64,000 nucleotides of DNA from Octopus sinensis. Its lineage: Eukaryota. Under the pieces are notes generated by a model, which searched no databases, had not been told where the DNA came from, and saw nothing but the letters and a program-made list of their open reading frames with translations. The position numbers and the translations under genes are program-made. Positions within the stretch are counted from its first letter, which is position 1, and each line of letters starts with the position of its first letter. This document shows, piece by piece, positions 39,411 to 50,587 of the stretch. Where the stretch lies: the NCBI RefSeq assembly GCF_006345805.1, contig NW_021832120.1, forward strand, positions 124,001-188,000. Reading direction: 5' to 3'.

Positions 39411-40570
39411 TTGTTTATAAGATTGATTGATTGCGTCTGGCATGAATGGATGGTCGGAGAGAAGGTCGCGTGTCTCAGAGCATTGACGGGTCAGCTCCTC
39501 GGTAAATATCAGCCTTACCCTACCCTTAGTTGTGGATTTCGTACGTGTATGAACGACCGAGTCTGTTCAATCCATATTTTTCCCCCATTATTAGAAGATT
39601 TTGACCAGGAGTTTAAAAATCGAATTTACAATCAATTTGAGATTATTGAAAATGCACGATTTTGTTGTGGTTCGTGCCTCAAGAGACTGGAGATCGTCCT
39701 CAGTACTCACCCCAAGCGTGACCTGAGGAATGGAGGTCCCAACGGAGAGGCCAGGAACTTGTCCTTCAACGTCAAAGTCAAAGATGTGATGTACAAGTCA
39801 GTCGAGAACTACCTCCTCGGTATTATTTCCTATAACTGTCCAGAACAGCAGAATTCTGATGAGCAATCGAAGACACGAATTGACCCTCCTCCTGAAGTAA
39901 GACAGCCTCCGACAAACCCTTTGTGGACCCCAATGGGGAACCCTCAGGAGATGTTCAATCCAGGGTACCCTGGGTACTTCATTGACCCCTGTAAGTCCAT
40001 ATCTATATGTCTAGCCTATATACAACAGTCGTATCAAATGTTGTACCATACTTATATGATGAATCAGAGAATGATACATTCAGTATTTCATGTGCGAAAT
40101 AGTTTAGTTTATGATTGCATATTTTATGGCTGCGAATGGCTTCCCACCGCAACTTGCTTTACAAAATGAAGAAATGGCCAGGTCGGGTGTCTCTGAATTG
40201 TATGATGACAAGATTTAAATTTAGTGCCAGAAACCAGCCCGTCATGTTTCCAAATTTCATGTTTCAACAAAACATTGCTAATAATCGATTTGGGGCGGCT
40301 CAGGAAAGTGGAAGTACAGTTGCTCCACCAGCAGAGGCAACCACGGAGGAGTCAACCCAGGAAGTTAGGGGACCAAATTTGATGGATACGGTGGAGACTG
40401 TAGTTAGAGATGCCGAGGAGGTGGAGCCCAATATTGATGGGAGTTTTGAAACTTATTATTCCAACAAGATTAAGGACCAGGAGTCTCAAAGTGAGTGTGA
40501 GACGAGTCCCCTTAAACGAGGGGGAGATCCTCTTCCCGACAGACCAGTGAAGAAGACAGTGAATAATTGA
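39411..40570 (+). CDS. uncharacterised protein with a Cys-rich putative zinc-binding domain and low-complexity C-terminus
   Basis: ORFs of 252 and 151 aa; motif C-x4-C...FPP...CCxxC (CGFRTC...HIFPP...ARFCCGSCLKR). Confidence 0.6.
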
Positions 40571-40820
40571 TTGTTTTATATATCAATTTCCATTAAATAT
40601 TATTTAAATAATTAACGGGCTTTAAATAAGTGCTGTTTTTAGGACATTATGTGTCATTAGGGGGCTAAAAAGTGACTAAAAATATTGAAAATCGTTAATA
40701 ATAAAAGATTACTTTTTCTATTGTTTTCATGAGATTTTTTCACAAAAATCGATTGCTGGCATTTTAAATAATTTTTTAATCAACATTAAAATTTTGAATA
40801 AGATTTGGTTTCTTAGTAAC

Positions 40821-42817
40821 ATGAAGAACAAGACAGACATTTTTCTGGAATTATGTTATAAAAGCCTCGAGCAGTACGATGGGCACATCAGCGAGGGGGC
40901 ATACATAGAGGAGTATTTAAACCACAACAAAGTAAAATACATACAACAATATTGATAGGTCAAAGACAACCAAATCAGACAAAAAGTCGCAGGAATATTT
41001 TTCGGCTGTCAAAAATTCACAAAAATTCTCCGAAACTATTTGGAGGGGTACTCCCAGTGGAACACAATAAGGAAGACTGAGTACCACTACTACATCGGTT
41101 GGACCCCCCTCAGCACTCAGTCCTCTCCTACCTGATCCTTGTCGGAATTGGGGTATACGACATTGAGGAAATAAAAAACATACTTCTTACACAGACACCC
41201 CTCAAAATCAGAAGGGTATGCACTATTTTTATAATTGTAGTTCCTGGATTATTTTCTTAATGAAAATCGAATGAAAATTCACGTGGATGACTGGAATTGT
41301 ATTTATGATGCAGATTTTATATCAAAAAACATCACAAAAAATATTAGCAAGTATGTCATATGTATATATATCTGACATCTCCCAGTCATTTCGGCCATCA
41401 ACCAGTCCCTCATGTCATCCCCCCAAAATGTCGAGAAAGTCAGAGAGACCAGGAAAATCGTTCAAAAACCTTTTCAACTGACAAAACCCGGGACCCCCAA
41501 AATTAGAATCCCCTGTCCTGTACTAATCGGTCTTTATTTGCCAGGTTTTTGACAAAAATGAGAGTGAAAACACAAAAAAAGTAAAAACCATTCCTTTGAA
41601 GGAGCGCCCAAAAAATACCGGGGACCGAAATCAGATGGAGCCATCCAAAAATGGAGAACTTGTCAACCAAAAATCACGGTCAGAAAAACCCAGATTTCCA
41701 CGGGCATGTTTCAAAATGTAAAAAAATTAGAAAAAACATAAAATCAAAAAAGTGTCAATTCACACTCGGATTTCCCTCAATTTGCCCAAAAAACAAGAAA
41801 TTGACCCAAATCCACCTCAAAAGAAAACTTCGACAGTTCCCCAGGAGATCAAAGCGACCGCCACCTCACTCCTTAGGGAGGCTCAGCTTTACGAAAAACT
41901 CCGTGAATCAGAAATTCAACGGTTTTTACGATTTTTTTAGTACAGAATCACGGATTTGGCTAACGGAAATGGCGATTCTACGGAATTCTACAAATTTGTC
42001 AACTCAGAAGAGGCAAGAATGGCTGAGCTCGAACTCAAAAAACGGAACCAAGTCCGTGAGGATGTCCTCAAAGGGAAAATCCGAGCAAATAAAGCAGTGG
42101 AAGAATATTTATTAGAAAACGAGAAAATTGGACTCAAAGTCATACATGAAGTTTGTTTTGTGTCTAAAAAAGTAGAAAAAACGCATAAAAAATGAAATTT
42201 GTTCAAATTTTGTACAAAAAATGGACAGAGCCAAGTTTTTTTGGGAATTTTATTTAAGTTTGATCAAAGCGGAGAGTGAGAGAGTGAAGGACAACATTAA
42301 AAAGTCAAAAGAACAACTCGAAATAAAAAACCGACAAAAAAGTTTATTTAAATTCCTTCCAAATTTACTAGAACTTGAAGATAAGCGGGAATTTGAAATA
42401 AAGAACAAAGAAGCCGCAAAAAATGTGAAAAATTTTTTTAACGTGCAGGAAGCCGAAGAATTGGACAAAAAACAAAAACTAATCGCGGAAATAAAACTCC
42501 AAGACTCCCTGACTGCACTCAAAATAAAGTCGGGTGTCCACGACCTTACGGAAACCGGGGGACATGGACTGTTGGTGGAGATGTCAGTCACGGAGGTTAT
42601 TTCTATGTGGCCTACTCAGTTGAGGGAACGGTTATTTCTTGCTAAGGAAGAGAGACAGGCCAGTCTAGTAGAGAAGGGGGTTCAATTAAGGGACAGGAGG
42701 ATGGTTGGGGGTGTTATGTTTATAGACAAGGCTGAGAGGAGGGTGATGGACGAGAAGCTACAACTCATTAACAGATATAGACAGATGATCGCATCGACTG
42801 GAAATAGAAAATTTTAG
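40821..42817 (+). CDS. CFAP99: cilia- and flagella-associated protein 99-like
   Basis: N-terminus ...GCQKFTKIL...YYIVLSYL...FLDYFLNE...WNCIYD; KPFQLTKP; SLLREAQL; GDSTEF; GHGLLVEMSVTE|LRERLFLAKE; coiled coils. Confidence 0.75.
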
Positions 42818-42919
42818 AATAACTAAATAAACTTAATTATTTTAAGTAACACATTTTTCTAAATATTTTTTAATTCATTTATCTATAAAAACAAATTGTA
42901 ATAAATTGATAGCTTTGTC

Positions 42920-43886
42920 ATGGTGATGTGGTGTATCGATTACTTACATGGATATCTATCAAGAAATCACTCTTTATTCTCTATAATGGAAGATCCGTGG
43001 AATTCAATGATGAAAAATTACTCCCTCTTTCAAGTGACAGTAATCGGATCCCTTCTAATCCACGAGGTACCCCTAAATCTAACCCCAGATCCTATATTTT
43101 GTCGGATGTCTTCCATATTTCCTCTTCCAATTCATTCCCTATATGCAAAAATATAAAATCCAAGCAGTAAATAACTCTAATAAATCCTAGAACGTGAAAG
43201 AAACATTTCCGAAACAATTAAAATGTATAAAACTATTACTAATATCCCATTTCCTAATCCAACTGCCCCTAATCGCTGGAATATATCCCTACATCATCCT
43301 CTTCAACATCCCCACGGACTGGGAGAGTATGCCCACATGGACTGATCTGACTGGGCGGGTAATTGTGGCGGCTGTGGTGGAGGACACCTGGCACTTTATG
43401 TTCCACTATATATTCCACCAAGTAGTGCCTCTGTATAAATACATCCACAAAATCCACCACTATTTCCAAGTATAGTCCCCATAGGAGTGTAGAGCCCGTT
43501 CAGTCTGGCGGCGGAATATGCCCACCCAGTGGAGACTGTAGGTAGGTGATGAGGTGATTGGCAGTGTTGGGGTTGGGGACGTTTTTTGGGACTTTAATGT
43601 TTGGGAATCATTTGGTGTTTGTGTGGGTGTGGACGATGGCTCGGATGTTGGAGGCGATTGATGTGCATTCAGGGTATGACTTTCCTTATTTGAATCCGCT
43701 TAATGTGCTGCCTTTTTATGCTGGTTGGGTTGTGGTGTGATTGAAGGGGTGCGGTTTCATGATTTTCATCATTTTAATTTTGTGGGGAATTATGCTTCTA
43801 CGTTTGTGTGGTGGGATTGGCTTTTTGGGACTGATAAGCACTATAGGGAATATCAGAGAAGGTTAAAGAAGGATAGACTGGATTAA
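42920..43886 (+). CDS. MSMO1: methylsterol monooxygenase (C-4 sterol methyl oxidase)
   Basis: His boxes [57 protein letters not shown]. Confidence 0.9.
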
Positions 43887-43929
43887 TACTTTGATTAATT
43901 GTGTTTTAATTATTTCATTATTGCTTCTC

Positions 43930-44765
43930 GTGCCGTACTGAAACCATTCAAAATTGTTTTAAGATTTTAAATAAATCCAGTAACGAAAATCTATTAATTG
44001 AACATTATGGCACTGAAATTGAAAGAACTGATATTTTCGATCCTCTAATGAGTGAAGATTTTTTAGATATCGAATGCACAGAAGATCAAGATATAAACGA
44101 AAATTGTTTACAAGGGGATCAAAAGTTTGAAAGTAGCGACGAAGAGACAAAAATAATATATCAACTTGATAGAAAGGATATTGCAAGAAGATTAACTGAA
44201 ATAGAAAGGGAACTTTACTGTAATGCAGAAAATGAGAATAATGTTTCCCTCATTACTGCAATAAGAAATCACGTAAATTTTATTAGGATAACCAAAAATC
44301 TCAAAAGTTTCCATAAAATAATAATTCATTGATCCACGTTAATTCTTTGATTGAGAGGACGAGCAAATAGACAGGCAGTTTCCGCGCAATATCGCGAGCG
44401 AAATGCGCTGAAAAAGCCAGCTAGACTCACGTCTCTCGTGACTCTTCCTTGAGATCATCAAGCCGATCTTTGAAAGGAACTCCAGGGCTTTTGGGGCGAT
44501 CATCCCACTCGTCTCGAAAGCAAGGGGGACGAAAAGGCAGGTGTTCTCCAATGAGGCATTTGATTTTTTTGTTTCGGCATGTGCGGAGGCTGAGCCAGGG
44601 CGGGATTACAAAGCGATTAGAGTCGATGAGAGAGAGATTACAAAGCAAAGTTAAAAAGAGCCAATAAAAAGGAATTAAGTATTGAATTTTTTTCAAATTG
44701 GCCATTTCTCAAATTGGCCATAAAATTTGTATGTACCAAAATGGCCAATTTGCGAGGGTTCACTG
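43930..44765 (+). mobile_element. pogo/Tigger remnant (transposase C-tail and right TIR)
   Basis: Right end gcgagggttcactg|ta with aattggcc subterminal repeats. ORF 44048-44332 is an acidic Tigger-like C-terminus. Confidence 0.5.
44340..44650 (-). mobile_element. 3' stub of CRE-like RLE retroelement
   Basis: FVPLAFETSGMI...RRESSWLFQRISLAILRGN. Confidence 0.82.
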
Positions 44766-44820
44766 TATTAATTTAGTAATTTTGATTTTATTAATTAATT
44801 AGAGGTAGTATTGATTGTCA

Positions 44821-45633
44821 TCAGTTTTTGCCTGGACCCGGCATCTCCTTGGACCGCCCTAAAAATCAACTAATTTAACCCTAAAATGCTGCTGATAACC
44901 CTAAATCTAACCCCAACACATATACATTCTAATAATAGCCCTAACACCCAAAAAAAATCTTAATCTCAACTAACAAAATTTCAACCCTAACCCTAAACAT
45001 TTTCTCCTTAACCCTAAACATTTTAACCTTAAACAAAATTTTAACCCCAACACTAAAATCCTAATTTAAGTTAAAGTTATGTTTTCTTATTAGTAATAAA
45101 AAGTAAAAATTACAATTTTTTTACCCTAGATCTGTGTACATTTTTAATTAGTTCTCCTTTTAATAGTGTATAATTCTGTTCTTTTTTTTCAACAATCCAA
45201 AACGTTTCAGACAACGTTATCATAAAGAGGATATTTTCTGGTTGATACATTTGTATCAAAGTCAGGTTTAATATCACCTGATCATCGATATTTATTTCCT
45301 CTTCATCGAATTTCCACCTTCTTTTTCTCTTCATATTTTCTCCAGCTTTTTCTATGTTCTCTAACACTTCTTTTCTCATTTCTCTGATATTTTGAGTTCT
45401 GTTTTCATGTATGAAATTATCATTTTCTTCTGCATTTTCTCCTCCCTCGAAAGCAATCATGGAATCTATTTCTGTTTCTAATATGGCTTCGTTTTTTATT
45501 ATTCCCATAAAAACATTGAATGGAATATTTTTCTTTAAATATGTATTTATGACTGTTAATAAACTATTTTCTATATTTTTTATTTGAAAATACGCTTGCG
45601 GTCCCAGCAGATGCCGGGTCCAGGCAAAAACCG
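44821..45633 (-). mobile_element. TIR-bounded element with integrase C-terminal fragment and telomere-like repeats
   Basis: Perfect 23-bp inverted repeat gtttttgcctggacccggcatct (44824-44846 / 45609-45631, extendable to about 34 bp). Scattered TAACCC at 44875-45055. Minus ORF ...VINTYLKKNIPFNVFMG...ENIEKAGENMK resembles integrase C-termini. Confidence 0.65.
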
Positions 45634-45806
45634 GTGAAATTGATTGTTCTCTGTTAAACTTATTATAGGAGTAGGAGTGCACCACTAGATACCCCACGTG
45701 GATAACGGAAGGGGGTAAATTTGGTTAACCAATTATTATATTACAAAATTAAATATTATAATATAAAAATAAATTTAATTGATTATTTATAACTAAACAA
45801 TTACAA

Positions 45807-47091
45807 ATGCAGTGTTGTGATGCACTATATGATATCTATAAAATTGAAGTCATTAAATTTAACTCTCACCACAGGAACTCAGTGTTGTGTTGATATATAT
45901 AGACTGATGGACCTTATTCCCGGAGAGTTCATCATTAAAACCTTTCACAACGTCGAGAACCTTAAAGGATATCCCGGGTCATGTGGTTCGCCACCATAAA
46001 ATATTTCAGGAACATTAATCGTCACAAATTTAAGAATTATATGGAAATCTACAAATAAAAAATTGTTTCTTTACTTTTGTAAGTATTTTAATAATAAAAG
46101 ATATTGGCTTTGGGGTATTCACTCGCCTTTTCGTCAAGTCCTCTGTCTCAGTAGGTTCCTGATTATTTAATTTAGAAAATGTATGGAAACGTCGAAGCCC
46201 TCTGGATATATGCTTGTTATTTAAAAAACAAATATGAGTTTTTATTTTATTACAAAGTAGTAATAAATATTATTTTTAGAGTGGCGAACCCTCAAAACTT
46301 TATAGCACTGTTATCTCAGTCTATCGGTAACAAAATGTGAGTTTTTAACTAACAACAGGGCCTACGAATGTTCTAGACTGTTCCGACAAATAAAATCTCG
46401 TGGAATATTTTCCCATGGAAACTATCTAAATGTCCTCCCAGGAGAACAATTCCAACGCAGTTATGACGGGGTAGCTAGTCTGTCCTCAGATAAAGTAACA
46501 TTCAATCAAACTAATCTCTAAAGGGCTCACTGGGGACTCTACACTTGACTAATATTCGACTTGTATGGATTGGAATGTTTGATGAAATGCACAACATCAG
46601 TATTTCTTACTTCCACATGGTCAGTTGGTCTAGTGGTATAACTAGTGTTATCCTATCCGTTTGGTGGACTCGAAGTACGGGAAAGCCTTAGTTCTGCGTA
46701 CTTCGTCGGAGGTGGATTTATATATTATAAGGGAGTAGGCTAAGCATTCCAATTATGGATTTCAGCCAAGTACGGCAAATGAGCCGAAAATGATGGCTGA
46801 GCATATAAATGGATTGTTGGATAAATATAGACGGAATCCTATTTTTGGGGTCAATGTGGACAAAGGGGGTGACTCAGAGGAAGGGAAGGAGGAGGTTGGT
46901 TTGTCTAAAAGGGAAGAAGAGGTGGAGGAATATTCTGATGTTATTGGGGTTGTTTTGGTTAGGTTTTTTAGGCGTATTTGTCGGCGAAAACTAATGAGAG
47001 GTCGGAGATTGTGTTTTCTGAGACTTATCAGCTTGCATTTGAAAAACCTGTCGATGGATATACAATCGAGGACTTGTGGAATGTCCTCTAA
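45807..47091 (+). CDS. BBS5: Bardet-Biedl syndrome 5 protein
   Basis: PGEFIIKTFHNVENLKG, GTLIVTNLRIIW, RAYECSRLFR, LSSDK|GSLGTLHLTNIRLVW, DSKYGKALV, NPIFGV, LAFEKPVDGYTIEDLWNVL*. Start uncertain (45807 or 45907). Confidence 0.93.
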
Positions 47092-47162
47092 ATATTATTT
47101 TATTCATTTAAATTAAATATTTTAAATAAATTTCAATCAGTTAAAACTTTATTAATAAAAAG

Positions 47163-47198
47163 TGCGGCCCTCCAAGCGAAATGAGTATGACACCCCTG
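47163..47198. mobile_element. isolated hAT right-end remnant
   Basis: gcggccc...tgagtatgacacccctg|tctata resembles Charlie-type ends; no partner end found. Confidence 0.3.
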
Positions 47199-47769
47199 TC
47201 TATATGATGGGCTAAATTCTACAGTGTATTAAGTCATCACTGTTCATAAGGATTTATATCTCTAGAAAATGATGAAGAAAGCATTCTAACTGCGGTACAT
47301 ATTTTGAGGCTGAAAAGCTCAATTGACTTTGTTTTTGACATTTTTTGTTTTTAATGTAAATTTTGAAATCTTCTTGGTTTGAAAATTAAAGCTTTGTAAA
47401 AGTTATGGCTTTATAGGTGTTTTTTTCGAGCTAGAGTTGGTTTTTAAAAATAAGGTTTAAACAATTAACTTTAGGATTTCATTTTTTAAGAGTTCTAATG
47501 AATAATTTTAAATTTGTAGTTTTTTTGATAGAAATGATTTTTCTAATTAAAAATGATTTTTTTTAATTGGAAATCTCTAAAAGTAATTAAAAACAATAAT
47601 TAATTAATAATTTTTCAAATTTAGGGCTAAGTTGGTTTCGTTCTATGTCTAATTATTCCATAAGTCATGAAAACCATTTAAAATAGCTTTAAATTTTTTT
47701 TTGAAGCAGTAAAAATCTTTTAAGCTTTAAAATGGTACTTAAAAAACCAAAACATATTTTATATGGACA

Positions 47770-48700
47770 TAATTGATGAAAAAGACATTTAGATATTGGT
47801 CCATTATACACCATGGTCAGCGGACGGTGACATTTTATCTTTTTGTTGGTTTCTACTTTTTAGTCGATTTTCTATATTTTCCTTCGACAATACATATTTT
47901 ATCTTAATTGGATTCATGTCAGGAGATTGTGCCGACCAATCAAATAAATTAATTTTATTCGCAGAAAAATATTCTATTGTTCCATTGGAAGTATGAAATG
48001 GGGCTGTCTTGCTGAAATATGTGGCTGTTTAGTCCATTTTAATTGCTGATTTTTCAAGATTGTGTGCCAGATTGTTTATAACAGAGCTAATTTTTTCTTC
48101 AATAAAACATAATGCATCCACCCAAAATAAAAAAATCCCCAGAATATAATTTTGCCACCACCATACTTAACAGCTGGGACAGAATTGAATTTGTATAATC
48201 ATTTCCTCTTTTCCTGTATATTATTTTTCTTATGGTGCACTACAAACTTTGAAGGAACACTCATCTGAAAAAATTATTAATCTCTACTCCTTATCATTTA
48301 TACCAACGAACATTTTTGATATTTCATATTTTTAATTATGTTTTTTTACTTAAAAATGGTTTTTCCTTTGCTACTCTTCGAAATACACCATTTGTAGGGA
48401 AATAACTTTTTTAGTAATTTTTTCCTTTTCTAACGGCAGATCTTTTGCTGAATTTGCACAATTAGCTTCCGAAAGTTCGATCGATATTTTGACTTTGTTT
48501 GTATTCAGAAATGTTGGTCTTGCAGATCTACTTTTTTACAAATGGTCCCTTCGTTGATCTATTTCCGAACAACATACAGTAGATTTTGGAACACCAGGTA
48601 ATAAGAACTTCTATAAGAAAAATTTTGCTGATAGTAGGATATAATTTGTCCGTTGAAAAAAGAATCCATTAGTATTTTCTAAAATAATTTAAAAAATTGA
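47770..48700 (-). pseudogene. Tc1 (DD34E-type) transposase pseudogene
   Basis: IIFSDECSF, AVKYGGGKIIFWG, FQQDSP..HTS, DWSAQSPDMNPI. Confidence 0.85.
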
Positions 48701-48829
48701 CTCTTTTAACTATAACAGGATTTTTACGTCACTAAATACACATTTTATGCTTTTAATTACTGTTTTTAAAAACATTCCGTAGGAACATAAACAAAGTTAT
48801 AATCCCACACGTGTCACAAGCGAAACAAT

Positions 48830-49190
48830 CTTCTGGACCATTTTCGTCCATGCCCCTCTGTGTAAAAGCTACGGTTATCCTTGGTATCGATATGTCAGAG
48901 GCTTTTGACTGTGTCCGTCGTGTCAGAGGCTTTTGAAGTAGTAATCATTACTACTTGCTAAAACAGAACTTTCTGTTCGTATTGGGTCAGTCTCCTCCAG
49001 GCGGTTCAAAACGAATGTCGGCACGCCTCAGGGAGACTCTCTCTCCTCCCTGCTATTTGTAATCTATCTGAAAGCCGCCTTGAGAGATTTGTATATGCCG
49101 ACGATGTGGACTTTGCCTCGGACAACATAAATGATCTAATTCATCTACTAAACAATTCCCCACGGACTCTGGAGAAGACATGTAAGCGAG
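48830..49190 (+). pseudogene. RTE-like RT fragment with internal deletions
   Basis: ILGIDMSEAFDCVRR, NVGTPQGDSLSSLLFVIYLKAALRD, YADDVDF, juxtaposed with the intervening sequence missing. Confidence 0.8.
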
Positions 49191-49434
49191 TTTAAATAAC
49201 GCATTTTACGATCTGCCAATCGATTGCATGGAAATCATACTTCCTTCTTTTATTATTAAAATAATTTTATGCTAAATTAGATCGTGTCAAACAACTTAGC
49301 AACAGTTAGATCACGTAACAGATTGTAAACGTGTCTAAAAAATAATATTTAATTATAATCAATCTAAAATAATTTTTAATCCTTTTTTATTTAATAATAA
49401 AAAATTATCGTCATTTTATTATTCGTGACCTCAC

Positions 49435-50496
49435 ATGGTGTTACACAATGTAGCCCCACCTATACACGAATCATTACAAAACACACGACTAAACTTGCTC
49501 AATCTATGGACAAATGGTCACCTAACCATCCCCGAAATGTACAAGAGTGTGACTTACGTAATAAACCAGAAAGACAATCGATATTCCCTCAGCAGACTGT
49601 CGGCTATTTTTAGCCTGACTGTTATTTTGATATTTCTAAGAGTCATTTCCTACAGTCGACTGGCAGTAAATGTCTTGATTGCTCAAACTTAGACATTTCT
49701 GTCCAAAAGATTCCAAATTCCAAAACCTGCGTCTAAAAAAATGGCAGAAAATTTAATAAAAATGTTTATCATGTTCTTGCCCTTCCCATTTCTCACTTTT
49801 ATTCTCTTTAAGAAAGAAAACTTTGTCTTTCTGTACGACCCACTTACAGCAGTCTCAGGTAGTTTGATTTTCTAGCGTAGATTTCCCGGTCAGGCTACAC
49901 TCCGTAGACCTCTCAATTTCTTGCCTATATATAGCCCGTATTTCAATATGTCTAAGTTCGTGCTTTACTGGCTTGGTGTATGAGACACTTCGATCGGATT
50001 ATTACTTACTAATACTACACCATATATGTACGGGGACTTTGTTGTATGTGTCGGACGTGACAAGGTTGGTACCCCGACTTAGCGTAGGTCACAACCTGTG
50101 GGTCTGGTGGTACTTTTTCTCCACGATTCCACGGATATTTTGCTCTGTCTGGTCAAGACGTGTTTGTACTTGACCAAACTAGAATCCAGATATAGGAAAT
50201 ACTGGTGTTGTGTGTCGAATGTTCTGAATTTAGTATTTGTTACTGTTTGGTATGTTTTTTGGTTATTTTTGAGGTTTTTGTTTCGAAATTTGTTCTTTCC
50301 GAGATTTATTTTGAATTTGTGTGTTGTTCCTGTGATATATAAGTGGCCTATTCCTTACACTGTGTTTGGATACACGGAATTGGGGTTCCTCACTGCTCTG
50401 GCATGTATGCACGTGTATTGGCTTGTGGTGGGTGAGGGGTTAATATGGTAGATGATTCTTAAGGGGATAATTAACAGGCTGGATCCGAGGGAATGA
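49435..50496 (+). CDS. CERS: ceramide synthase (TLC/Lag1 domain, no homeobox seen)
   Basis: Lag1 motif RSDYYLLILHHICTGTL...GLVVLFLHDSTDILL..VKTCLY; C-terminal DPRE*. Confidence 0.88.
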
Positions 50497-50587
50497 TTTA
50501 CAATAAATATTATGAGAATTTTTTTGATTTAAATTTAATATTTAATTTATAATAAATATTTAAATATATAGTGTGGTTAGGTGTGCA

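Noticed and set aside
44875-45055. True telomere or chromosome-end fusion
   Set aside because: The TAACCC units are scattered and enclosed by TIRs rather than forming a tandem array.
46619-46680. tRNA-Pro-like 5' half / A-box (ggtcagttggtctagtggtata)
   Set aside because: No cloverleaf or acceptor stem can be completed, and 46620-46645 is a 26-nt GT-AG intron needed to keep BBS5 in frame.
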